Part shown: positions 41,522 to 51,200 of the stretch, in pieces
Position numbering within the stretch: the first letter of the stretch is position 1
Layout of the letters: each line of letters opens with the position of its first letter
Sequence record: OR525698.1
Source: Escherichia phage vB-Eco-KMB43
DNA: 64,000 nucleotides
Reading direction: 5' to 3' (one strand)
The notes under the pieces: generated by a model
Database searches by the model: none
Seen by the model: only the letters and a program-made list of their open reading frames with translations
Told to the model about the DNA's origin: nothing
Position numbers and translations under genes: made by a program

Positions 41522-42754
41522 TTATACTGCCATTTGAGCGGTGATCGCTGGATGGCTTTGATAGTTGTGAATTTTAAAATCTTTCGGAGTCTTTGTCAAT
41601 ACCTCATCTAAAGATTTAAATTCCGGCAACTCAATTGTTGGTTTATCAAACGGAACACGGCTTAACTGTTCCATAACTTGATCAAAATGGTTTTTGTAAA
41701 TGTGAGTATCTCCACCAGAGAAAATCAGTTCTCCTACCTCAAGATCACACATTTTCGCTATGATGTGAGTTAACAGCGCATAGCTGGCGACGTTAAAGGG
41801 CAAGCCCAAAAAGCTGTCTACGCTTCGCTGAAACCACATACAAGACAGTTTACCTTCATTGACGTAGAATTGTACGAACGGATGACATACACCCAATACA
41901 GCATTATGTGTTCCTTGTACGTTCCATGAGTCAATGATGATACGTCGATCCGTTGGATTGTTTTTAATTTGTTCAATCACGTTTTGTAACTGGTCTTCCC
42001 AAATCTTCGGGCGATAGACATATTCTTCATCGTCTTTAGTGCTTGATGTGTCTACGTCCATACTAACAAACATCGTGGTATCCGGTGCTATAATATCCCC
42101 ACCCAGATAATCACTATCAAGCAGATAACCGAAATAACCATCATCTACCCATTCCTGGAATCCCCACAAGCAATATGCATCATTAACAAAATTAGATTGA
42201 GTCTTCCAGTGGTCTGCTACTAAGAATTGATTATATTCAGAATCAAACTCTTCATAACGCATACCACGCCAGATAGCACATAAACGGTCTTCTGTGTCAT
42301 TAGTTGGCGTAAAGTCTTCTACCCACGGGTGCTTAAATGTATGTGTATATTTGCTCTTAACGCGCTTAATTTTGATTTCACCATGTGGATGAATCGGTTT
42401 GCGTCGCCACGCCATACCATACATATTTCCGACATTATAACCATTGAATCGCAATGGATTCTTTTCTTTCATATCAAGACAGTTGCCGCGCCAAATATCA
42501 AAGGCTTCCTCGTCAAACTTGCCGCGTGTAATTTCCTGTAAGCGACGGCGGTCAAGTGATCCCTCCATAAACCATAGCAATTCGCCAATTACAGAGGCTG
42601 TAGCCATCTTTTTAGTGGTCAGTAATGGGAAACCCTTGCTTAAATCAATTCGCATCTCTGCGCCGAATTTAGAGAGCGTACCTACCCCCGTGCGGTCTTC
42701 ACGAGGACAGCCATTATCAAGAACATCACGCAATAGTTTCAAATATTCTTTCAT
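41522..42754 (-). CDS. td: thymidylate synthase with a large internal insertion
   Basis: 410 aa; N-terminal DRTGVGT and FPLLTTKK, catalytic CHPFVQFYV, DSFLGLPFNVASYALL and TS-like C-terminus ...AQMAV; extra segment between the YGMAWR and DRRIIIDSWN blocks; continuous ORF. Confidence 0.8.
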   Translation of the reverse strand: MKEYLKLLRDVLDNGCPREDRTGVGTLSKFGAEMRIDLSKGFPLLTTKKMATASVIGELLWFMEGSLDRRRLQEITRGKFDEEAFDIWRGNCLDMKEKNPLRFNGYNVGNMYGMAWRRKPIHPHGEIKIKRVKSKYTHTFKHPWVEDFTPTNDTEDRLCAIWRGMRYEEFDSEYNQFLVADHWKTQSNFVNDAYCLWGFQEWVDDGYFGYLLDSDYLGGDIIAPDTTMFVSMDVDTSSTKDDEEYVYRPKIWEDQLQNVIEQIKNNPTDRRIIIDSWNVQGTHNAVLGVCHPFVQFYVNEGKLSCMWFQRSVDSFLGLPFNVASYALLTHIIAKMCDLEVGELIFSGGDTHIYKNHFDQVMEQLSRVPFDKPTIELPEFKSLDEVLTKTPKDFKIHNYQSHPAITAQMAV

Positions 42755-43022
42755 CCCACATCACCTTTTTCTTATTGATTGCTTTCTTACGCAGTTTTGC
42801 TACTGTCTCGTCAATGTCTATAAAGATAACACCACGGTCGAATATAGTAGCAGGTCTTGATATATCGCTATTTTCTTGCACAGGAAGCCATGATGCGCTC
42901 GCTTCATCATAGAGATATTGTAAACCGTAATAATCTACGGCTACTGCGTAGTTTTCACTGGTAGCTGACCATAATTGAATAATACCGACTTTCATTATTG
43001 TTCCCGTCCACAATGTAAACAC
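42726..43022 (-). CDS. hypothetical protein (98 aa or shorter)
   Basis: ORF between frd and td; true start may be an internal Met. Confidence 0.45.
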   Translation of the reverse strand: MFTLWTGTIMKVGIIQLWSATSENYAVAVDYYGLQYLYDEASASWLPVQENSDISRPATIFDRGVIFIDIDETVAKLRKKAINKKKVMWDERIFETIA

Positions 43023-43088
43023 CGACTACCAGCAAACATCAAAGATTCACCACAATGTTTGCACTCATAATCTGTCAGAATTTTCATG

Positions 43089-43670
43089 TTACGCCTTCTT
43101 ACGTTCTAAAATTTGTTCGCTGATCAGGTAATCATCAAGGAAGTAATTATGTTCTTCTTTTGTTGCAAAGTCAAAATATAATTCCTGAATCATTTCCTTA
43201 GAGATGCCAACATCATATTCAAACGGATCATTAATTCCTGATCGTTGAACATACGTTAACACAATACGGTCCGCAAAGTCAACTGCTTTTTCAATCAGGG
43301 AAGGTCCGCCAATAACGCTTACCAAACCTTGCAATTTCTCTATGACTTCTAATAATTCCTTCAATCCACCATCATTAGTAATCGCGGTATACACATCTGG
43401 TTGGTCGCCGTTTTTTGCTTTCGGTGCTGGCTTACTGGTATCGGTGCTAACAACCACATTCACACGGCCTTCCAGTGCTTTAGGTAGACTTTCAAAGGTA
43501 TTACGTCCCATTACAACCGCCGCAAGATCAACATCTCCCATAGTGCGCATTTTAAAGTTTTCCATGTCCTTTTTGATTGGACGTCCCCACGGTAAACCGC
43601 CTTTAAAACCAAAAGCCCAATTTTCATCTGACATTTTAGTATCACCAATCGCAAATACACATTGAATCAT
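43089..43670 (-). CDS. frd: dihydrofolate reductase
   Basis: 193 aa; IQCVFAIGDTKM, GGLPWG, and overall DHFR pattern; position upstream of td as in T4. Confidence 0.85.
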   Translation of the reverse strand: MIQCVFAIGDTKMSDENWAFGFKGGLPWGRPIKKDMENFKMRTMGDVDLAAVVMGRNTFESLPKALEGRVNVVVSTDTSKPAPKAKNGDQPDVYTAITNDGGLKELLEVIEKLQGLVSVIGGPSLIEKAVDFADRIVLTYVQRSGINDPFEYDVGISKEMIQELYFDFATKEEHNYFLDDYLISEQILERKKA

Positions 43671-43685
43671 AATATAAATCTCCTA

Positions 43686-44015
43686 TCAAACCAGCTTGAG
43701 ATAGTTTTCGTTAACGTTTTCTTCTGTGATCTCGGTTTTAAACTCATTACCAACATCAGGAGAAACATAATAGCGTTCGGAATAATCACGCCACATTTTC
43801 AGTAGGCTGACACCAACATTAACACCATTTTCCCAGAAACGGAAGATAATTTTATTTGCGGTGTAGCGGTAATCGCTTTGAATCAAGCTGCCATCACCGC
43901 GACGTGATTCATAAACCGTAATACATTCACGGTTAGCGGCTTTAAGACATTCTTCAATAGTGCCGCATGAGATAATTTCGGTTGAGTCGTTTACGATTTG
44001 TTCTACAGTCCACAT
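43686..44015 (-). CDS. hypothetical protein (109 aa)
   Basis: Intact ORF downstream of a promoter cassette. Confidence 0.5.
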   Translation of the reverse strand: MWTVEQIVNDSTEIISCGTIEECLKAANRECITVYESRRGDGSLIQSDYRYTANKIIFRFWENGVNVGVSLLKMWRDYSERYYVSPDVGNEFKTEITEENVNENYLKLV

Positions 44016-44037
44016 AATATAATCCTCTCTTTGTTTC

Positions 44038-44070
44038 GATGTGTGTATTATACATTACCACATCAGCATG
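44038..44070 (-). promoter_or_regulatory. early promoter cassette
   Basis: Reverse complement TTGACA-N16/17-TATAAT with conserved leader. Confidence 0.55.
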
Positions 44071-44103
44071 TCAACACCTTTTTCATAAAATTTTAGGCAA
44101 TAA

Positions 44104-44124
44104 AAAGCCTCCCCGAAGGAAGGC
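44104..44124 (-). terminator. candidate terminator downstream of gene 32
   Basis: GCCTCC-CCGAAG-GAAGGC hairpin flanked by A-runs on the plus strand. Confidence 0.55.
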
Positions 44125-44136
44125 TTTAAAAATTCA

Positions 44137-45160
44137 TTACAGATTCAGAAGTGAGTCCAGGTCATCCAGATCAGAAGCGGAGGAAGTACCGCCACCCAGA
44201 TCCAGCGATGCCATCAGGTCATCAGCGGAAGAATCTAACGCCGTGCTAGCTGCGTTAATACCAACTACAGTGCTAGCTGCGGTAATACCAGAATCGAATG
44301 CATTCATCTGTGCGTCAAAATCGTCAAGCTGGCTGTTAATCGCTGCCGCAGCACTGGAAGCCGCAGCGCCAGCTACCATAGAAACGCCCATAGTTTTCTT
44401 AAATTTGGTTTCCAGTTCATCGAACGGTTTAAACTGGCTAGGCGCTACAATCTCACCCAGATCAACCATGTTTTCCATCAGATATTTCTGATATGCTTCG
44501 TCTTCAATTTTCGGAAGCTGTGATTGCTGCATGAAACGAGAATCATCATAGTTCTGGTGTTTATCAACCTTCTTAGCTTTCAGGAGGAAGTTAGCACCGG
44601 AGAACACACAAGTTACATCTACCGGAACTTCGCCCATGTCGGTATTCACGTTCACCATTGCAACGATCTTATCATAAATTTTCTGACCGAAGCGGAATTT
44701 GAATACCTTACCTTCATTTTCTGGTGCTTGAGGATCTTTCAGTACCAGAATATTTGCGTAGTAAGACGCTTTACGCTTAATCAGTTGCCATTCGGTTTTA
44801 TCGGTATTGTACAGGTCTTTTTCGTTAATATATTTGCACACAGGGCAAGAATCAAAATCACCGTGGGTGCTGGAGCAGTTTTCCCAATACCATTTGCCAT
44901 TAACTTTGAAGGAATGGTTTACCAGTTTCACAATCGGCAGACCGTCTTCTGTCTTAGACGGCAGGAAGCGAATCAGGGCTTCACCGTTACCTGCTGCATC
45001 AGTCTTAATCTTCCACTCTTTCGGATCTTCTTTGGAGAAACCGTTGCCACCTTTCAGTGTTAATCTTCCACTCTTTCGGATCTTCTTTGGAGAAACCGTT
45101 GCCACCTTTCAGTGAGGCCAGTTGAGCTTGCAGTTTGGAAGAATCTTGGCGTTTAAACAT
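44137..45160 (-). CDS. 32: gp32 single-stranded DNA-binding protein; reading frame broken near the 5' end by a 55-bp tandem duplication
   Basis: From ATG 45158-45160: [33 protein letters not shown] (T4: [33 protein letters not shown]), then frameshift and stop at 45005-45007; main frame (44137-45105) carries the rest of gp32 including zinc-site residues [10 protein letters not shown]. Confidence 0.85.
45005..45114. repeat. perfect 55-bp tandem duplication (2 copies) inside the gene 32 N-terminal coding region
   Basis: 45005-45059 and 45060-45114 identical: TTAATCTTCCACTCTTTCGGATCTTCTTTGGAGAAACCGTTGCCACCTTTCAGTG. Confidence 0.95.
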
Positions 45161-45193
45161 ATTCACTATTCCTTCTTTTGATTAATTTACTAG

Positions 45194-45226
45194 ACTATTA
45201 TACAGATTTAAATTTACTTGTCAACT
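45194..45226 (-). promoter_or_regulatory. sigma70-like promoter upstream of gene 32
   Basis: Reverse complement TTGACA-N16/17-TATAAT about 35 nt upstream of the gene 32 ATG; overlaps the 3' end of gene 59. Confidence 0.55.
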
Positions 45227-45901
45227 ATTTGTTTCGGCTTTTAATTGAGATATTTCTTTACACTCTTTAACTACTTTAACAAATAATGCTCTTGCTTTTG
45301 CGGCGTCAATAACAAGTAGTTTCTTGTACGCCTTCATTTTAACACTATAAGTTTGCCAAATCAAGTCTTTGGCTACCTTGTCGTGTTCGTCGATTATATT
45401 TAGAAAGCTATCTAACAACATAAACGACTCAAACGATATAATCCGATTTTGCAGTAGTTTAAAGATACCGCTTGTTTCGGTTGTGGGATTGTATGTAATT
45501 AGCTCTTTAAGAGTAACCCCGCGTTTCTCGGAGAAGTATACCAGACTTTTAATGTCATCGTCAAATCGTGTTGCTGCATCGGTTATCTTTCCTATGTATT
45601 CCATATAAAAGCCGTATGCGTCAACATCAGTGATTTCACCTACCCATGCATCGGTATTAGCTACCAGATTGCTTAGGAATAGGAAGTATAATTCTCTTAG
45701 ATTGTACTTTTCCGCTAATTTTGCGAAATAATACTTATCTCTGCGTTTATTGAATGCGGCATCAGACAACCGCATCCTCCAATTGTATTTTACGCAATCA
45801 TAACGCCCGTTCATGTGAGCTTTCATCATGCAATATAACATATACACAGATTTAGCATTAATTCGCATATCTGGATCTGGAGGAAGACGGTTTCTGATCA
45901 T
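45221..45901 (-). CDS. 59: gp59 helicase loader
   Basis: GKSVYMLYCMMKAHMNGRYDCVKYNWRMRLSDAAFNKRRDKYYF...IISFESFMLLDSFLNIIDEHD matches T4 gp59. Confidence 0.9.
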   Translation of the reverse strand: MIRNRLPPDPDMRINAKSVYMLYCMMKAHMNGRYDCVKYNWRMRLSDAAFNKRRDKYYFAKLAEKYNLRELYFLFLSNLVANTDAWVGEITDVDAYGFYMEYIGKITDAATRFDDDIKSLVYFSEKRGVTLKELITYNPTTETSGIFKLLQNRIISFESFMLLDSFLNIIDEHDKVAKDLIWQTYSVKMKAYKKLLVIDAAKARALFVKVVKECKEISQLKAETNS

Positions 45902-45910
45902 ACATACCCC

Positions 45911-46180
45911 TTAAATATCGAGAGTGTTGGTCGGTTCGTCGATCACTCCCTTCCTGAGCGTTCTATTTACTATACATTCTTGTGTGATCTTGTCAATAAT
46001 GGACACCGGAATATATTTCTGATAGTGACCATATTCGATAGAGTTTTCCTCTACAAACTGAGTGGTCGCTTCAAGATAAGTCAATCCCTCTTCAACAACC
46101 AGTTTTTCGATTGCAAGACCGTTTGCTGTTTTATTCGCGGCTTTTACCGCATGTTCATTAAGCATTGAACACCCGATCAT
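45911..46180 (-). CDS. 33: gp33 late-transcription co-activator
   Basis: ...EEGLTYLEATTQFVEENSIE...YIPVSIIDKI... matches T4 gp33 (...EEFGMSYLEATTAFLEENSIPE...FIPSGIIEKI...). Confidence 0.8.
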   Translation of the reverse strand: MIGCSMLNEHAVKAANKTANGLAIEKLVVEEGLTYLEATTQFVEENSIEYGHYQKYIPVSIIDKITQECIVNRTLRKGVIDEPTNTLDI

Positions 46181-46433
46181 AGAGTTCTACCGCTTCATCG
46201 CGTTCTGCTTCGAAGGTTTCGCGCTGTTGCTGGTGATACAGTTTAAACAGAATGCCCCACATTTTACCGTCTACGCCTAATTCTTCTTTAGCACGCTGTT
46301 TGATCTCTTTGATCTTATCGCCGTATGCTTCTTGAATGGTTTTCTGATCGCTGGCTTCTTTAATCAGTTGTGCCAGGGTATTTCCGTGTACATTTTCGTC
46401 AAATACTACTTTTTCTTTTTTCTGTTCAGTCAT
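46158..46433 (-). CDS. dsbA: DsbA dsDNA-binding late-transcription enhancer
   Basis: ...VVFDENVHGNTLAQLIKEASD...RAKEELGVDGKMW...ELYDRVF matches T4 DsbA. Confidence 0.8.
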   Translation of the reverse strand: MTEQKKEKVVFDENVHGNTLAQLIKEASDQKTIQEAYGDKIKEIKQRAKEELGVDGKMWGILFKLYHQQQRETFEAERDEAVELYDRVFNA

Positions 46434-46437
46434 AATA

Positions 46438-47037
46438 TTAACCCTCTTTCGTCATTAATTGAAAACCACGTTCAGCTTTTGAGATTTCGCTAGGACGTAA
46501 ATCGTCACCCACATATTCTAGCATCATTTCTCGGATAATGTCAAGTGCTTTTTCATCACCTGATTTTAACTCGAACTCAAGTTCATAATGAGCAGTGTCG
46601 CCCAATCCTTCGCCTACTTTGCCATAATAGAAAGTGTCTTTGCACATTTCCACTATACCACAACCCATATCTAGAGTCAATGACTTGCGATATGTCATTA
46701 CTTGCATTGTTGTAGTGATATAGTCTGAGTTTACCCCTATACTATCAATAAAATGGACAAACTCATCCCAATTTGAAAATGTAATTTCCTCGCGGTTGAA
46801 TAGTCCAGATTCATTATCACCCATTTTGACCATGATCTCTGATTTTCGACAGTCAAGTCGTGCATAAATTCCTTTTTGACGTAGCGCATGATCTTCGGTA
46901 TCATAATAAAATTCGTGTTTTAGAATGTTATCTCGGTCTAAGAGATTGTATCCGTCATACATTGCCACCCACAAATCACAGATGGTTTCGACGCCAATTT
47001 GTGAGTGTGCATAGTATTTTAATTCAAGTTCTTTCAT
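46438..47037 (-). CDS. CYTH-domain (triphosphate tunnel metalloenzyme-like) protein
   Basis: N-terminal ELELKYY (ExExK-like) and C-terminal HYELEFEL (acidic ExExE-like) bracketing a ~190-aa domain with conserved Arg/Lys positions. Confidence 0.5.
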   Translation of the reverse strand: MKELELKYYAHSQIGVETICDLWVAMYDGYNLLDRDNILKHEFYYDTEDHALRQKGIYARLDCRKSEIMVKMGDNESGLFNREEITFSNWDEFVHFIDSIGVNSDYITTTMQVMTYRKSLTLDMGCGIVEMCKDTFYYGKVGEGLGDTAHYELEFELKSGDEKALDIIREMMLEYVGDDLRPSEISKAERGFQLMTKEG

Positions 47038-47047
47038 ATGTCAACCC

Positions 47048-47995
47048 TTAGAACTCACCAATTTTCTGCAACATTTTAACTAACGCATTTGTTACAAAAT
47101 AGTTATAAATTTTACCGCGTGGTGCTGGTTTAGATTTTTCCCATGACTCCAGAATCTGATTCTGAATATCATCTGGGATGTAATCGAAATCAATAAGTTC
47201 GCGGTTTTCGTCAAATCGTCGTGCTTCTTCCTCTGTCATCAAAGACTTTGGATCTTCGGCATCGAAAATTTGCTCCAACCATTTGGTTGGAACTGGTTTA
47301 GCTCGTTCCCCTTCCAGTCGAGAGATAATGAAATCACTACGACACTTGACAGAAGCCACACCGTCTTTTGCGTCACCCTTAACACATTTTACCATAAGGT
47401 CTTTGTAAGGGCTACCATATTTGCATTTCTTCCATGCTTTCTGTACTGGCGCCCACTGTTTCACATTTTTGTATTTGTGCAACTGTGTGTAGTCACCATC
47501 GCCGGAGTTGATTAGCACCTGACGACCTTCTACAGAAAACTTTTTAGTTAACACAGCGATTATATCATCTGCTTCAACTTTGTCAACCTTAATAACGTGA
47601 TAAGGCATGTTCTCTTTAAACTCTTCGGTGATCTTATTGATCGCAGCAAAGATCATCTCCCAATCACGCGGATCTGCGTCTCGTTTTTCCTTACGGTTGC
47701 GTTTATAGTAAGGTGCGATATCACGTCGCCAGTAACCTTTGCTTGAATCAAAAGCAAGTACCGTGATTGGGTATTGATCTTTGAATTTTGTCATATTATA
47801 ACGCATGGTGTCAAGAATAAGATGACGGATCATGCCTTCATTAATAGGATCTTCCGGTTTAAAGGTATGCGAGATAGTAGCAATCATAAGCTGCGACATA
47901 TCAATCAAATGCACACCTTCCGGCAGTTTATCTTCTGGATCATCAAAGAAATCATTAAGTGTAGCGGTAGTTTTTGTAAACGGGTTATACGTCAT
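47048..47995 (-). CDS. rnh: RNase H (FEN-family 5'-3' exonuclease)
   Basis: VRHLILDTMRYN, KGYWRRDIAPYYKRNR, EADDIIAVLTKKFS, DGDYTQLHKYKNVKQW, DFDYIPD match T4 RNase H. Confidence 0.9.
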   Translation of the reverse strand: MTYNPFTKTTATLNDFFDDPEDKLPEGVHLIDMSQLMIATISHTFKPEDPINEGMIRHLILDTMRYNMTKFKDQYPITVLAFDSSKGYWRRDIAPYYKRNRKEKRDADPRDWEMIFAAINKITEEFKENMPYHVIKVDKVEADDIIAVLTKKFSVEGRQVLINSGDGDYTQLHKYKNVKQWAPVQKAWKKCKYGSPYKDLMVKCVKGDAKDGVASVKCRSDFIISRLEGERAKPVPTKWLEQIFDAEDPKSLMTEEEARRFDENRELIDFDYIPDDIQNQILESWEKSKPAPRGKIYNYFVTNALVKMLQKIGEF

Positions 47996-47997
47996 AA

Positions 47998-48183
47998 TTA
48001 AGTTCTCTCCACTCTCACAACAACAGACTCATCAAACGAGCTAGATACTTCACGATCATACCCGTATTTCTCCATAACTCGCAGAATTGCATTGTTTAGT
48101 TCTGCGCGAAAATAATTGTAATCCTTATCAGGGATTCGGTCAACTACCCATTTTGCACCGTCTGACAAATCAACTTTAACCAT
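47998..48183 (-). CDS. hypothetical protein (61 aa)
   Basis: Intact small ORF abutting rnh. Confidence 0.4.
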   Translation of the reverse strand: MVKVDLSDGAKWVVDRIPDKDYNYFRAELNNAILRVMEKYGYDREVSSSFDESVVVRVERT

Positions 48184-48221
48184 AATATATCATCCTCTTT
48201 TGTTTCTATCAAGCCTTATTT

Positions 48222-48229
48222 TATAAATA
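48222..48229 (+). promoter_or_regulatory. T4-type late promoter TATAAATA upstream of gene 34
   Basis: Exact TATAAATA 29 nt upstream of the gene 34 ATG. Confidence 0.6.
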
Positions 48230-48257
48230 TGAACATACTATAAAAGGAGACCCAATA

Positions 48258-51200
48258 ATGGCAGATTTTTCTCAACATTTCAAGGCCACATTTGGCTTTG
48301 ACGCTGGTAATGAAAAGGTCGTCAATGTAGCATACGCAGATAAAAACACATCAACGGATGCGGTCAACGTTGAATTTTTCAATTACCATAATGGTATTAC
48401 TCAGTATGACACAACTCGCGGTTATGATCAATACGGAACTACAATCTATCAAAACCGTCCGTATTATGCAAAAGAAGATATCGCAAAACCAGCAGGTGAC
48501 TTTGACCCGACTAAATGGCAAGCACTGCGCACGGACCCACGTTGGGATTATGTTGCAGCAACTTCCGGCGATACTCCTTTAAAGTCCGGTGATTATATCG
48601 CAGCGGACTGTCAGTTTGCAAACTTGACATTCTCAATGCCTACTAATCCGGCAGAGGGCGACACTATAACAGTAAAAGATATCGGTGGCAAGTGCGGTGT
48701 TAATGAGTTATCGTTCCTTGCGGCTGGTCATGAGTTCTATCATAACGGTGTGGTAAACAACCGCAAATGGTATTGTACTACCCCTTATGCAATGAACTAC
48801 TTCATTTTTGTTCGCAATCGCTGGCACGTTTACCAGACGGGAACGGAGCCGCGCGGGGTATATGCACAGCCATCTATTGATCCGATTCAGATGCAAAACG
48901 GTGATCAGGTATTCCGTCGTAGTTCTTTAGGTAACATTGTTTTGATGCTTCCTAAGTTTGCTAATAACGGTGATATGATCCAGACTACCGATCTTGACGG
49001 ATTGACTGCAACCAACCATGTTACAGTAAAAGTACATGAAGGTGCGCAAGAACAATCGATCGGTACTTTCGGGGTAAAAGAAATTGTTGGTAAGCGTAGC
49101 GGTCATGGTGTATTCATCTTTGACAAACCGGAAAACTTATGGCGTTTGTGGGATGGCGATCAGTCTGTTCGCTTGAATCCTATCATTAGTGATACTCGCT
49201 TATCCCCTAATAGCTATGTTGCAGTATTTGGTGATCGTGATGTTACCTTGACTTTACCGACCAATGTCGAGCCGGGTGATCGTATCCAAGTTTCTATGCA
49301 GTATATGCACGGAAACCAGACTTGCCGAATCGTTACCTCAGAAGAGGATACAAAAATCCTTATGCAGAAAAACATGGTTCAGTTTCCTAAGCGTAGCGAG
49401 TACCCATTCAATGGGACCGATACATGGACGGGAGTGTCTGAATTGTCTTTCAACGCTGCAAATGATTATGTACCTTATCTGGAGTTCTCTTATTCAGAAG
49501 GTGATGATGGTAAGAAATACTGGTTGGTTGCACATGCTCACCCGATTGTAGAACGAGTAGATCCTACACGTAAAGATCGTGTTGGTGTAATTGCACTGGC
49601 TACCCAGGATGAAACAAACAAAAACCATGAAGATAATCCTAGCGACGAAGTTGCGGTGACCCCAAAGGTTCTGGCTAATAAAACAGCCAACGAAACTCGA
49701 CGCGGTATTGCTCGCATTGCAACTCAAGCGGAAACGCATCAAGATACTGGTTCCAGCTTCCTGGATGATGTTATCGTTACACCTAAAAAGTTAAATAACT
49801 GTGTTGCTACCGAAGACCGTCGTGGTGTGGTGGAAATTGCAACTCAACATGAAACAAACGAAGGTTTAGACGATACCCGCGCAATCACTCCTAAGAAGTT
49901 AGAAGAACGTCGCGCGTCCGAGGATCTTGCTGGTATCGCTGAAATTGTTCAGGTAGGCGGTAATGCTGCCGCTCTAAGGGGTGAAGCTGGTACGGGGATC
50001 TATAACATCAACGACCACGCTAAAATAGTTACTCCGCAAAACATCAACGAAGTTAAGGCGACCGAAACTTCCCGTGGTGTTGGCTATCTGGCAACTGATG
50101 CGGAAGTGCAAGGGGCTACAGAATCAACCCCGCAAGATGCTTTACTAATCACGACTCGCACGCTAACGAAACGTACTGCTACCGAATCGCGTACTGGTAT
50201 CGCTGAAATTGCAACGCAGGAAGAAACAAACTTAGGTCAAAGTGATAACCATATCATCACGCCTAAAAAGCTGCATACTCGCCGCGCAACGGAAACTTTA
50301 CACGGTTTAGCAGAAATTGCAACTCAACCGGAATTTGACGCAGGTCGTGACGATTCTCGCATTTCTACCCCATTGAAGATTAAAACCTTCTTTGAGAATG
50401 CACAGCGTTTGAAAGTAGATCCGACTCAGGGGCTTAACCTTACTGGTGATTTGTGGCAAGGTATCATGATCAGCGGTCTGGATGCAACCGAAGACACAAA
50501 AGGTGTCGCTAAAGTTGCTACTACTCAGCTTACTGACGCTGGTCAAGATGATACTACAATCATCACGCCTAAAAAGCTGCAAGGCAAAAAGGCCACCGAA
50601 GGTAAAGAAGGTATTATCCGAGTTGGTACTCAAGCCGAAACCGTGGCTGGTACACTGGCTAATGTAGCAATTTCTCCGAAGAACTTCAAATATGTTGTTC
50701 AGACAGAGGATACATGGAAAGCAACCGAAGCGCGTCGTGGATTCTTGAAAGTTGCTACTCAGGAAAACTGTTTTGTTGGTGATAATCTGCAAGGTTCTAC
50801 TCAAGAACTAGGAAACTACCAGCATGACGGAATTGCTGTTACCCCGAAAGGATTAAACTACGCACTTGCTAATTTCTTACCTAAGATGGCAACCGCTCAG
50901 AATAGTTTGAAATTAGGTAACGTAGAGGCCGCTAAATGGGCGCGTAGAGACATTGACCAGACCATAGAGAGCAATTACACGTTTAATAAAAACGTTAACG
51001 TGAAGGGCGATTTAGAGTGCTTAAAATCTGGTTCCTTTGAAACTCTGTCTGTGACTAAGAACTCGACCGATGATCCGAGTAATGGTCATCTGGTGTTGGG
51101 TGAGCGTGGAGTTGACGGTCACACCGGAATTACTCTGCATGGCACAACCGCATCGGAAGGCATGGAAAACTCATGGTCTATTATCGTTGGTGGCACGGGA

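Noticed and set aside
36556-42754. Expected group I introns in td and nrdB as in T4
   Set aside because: Both genes are continuous ORFs here; the extra length in td is in-frame coding sequence, not an intron
50307-50804. 165-aa minus-strand ORF inside gene 34
   Set aside because: Antisense to the well-conserved long tail fibre gene; no initiation signals
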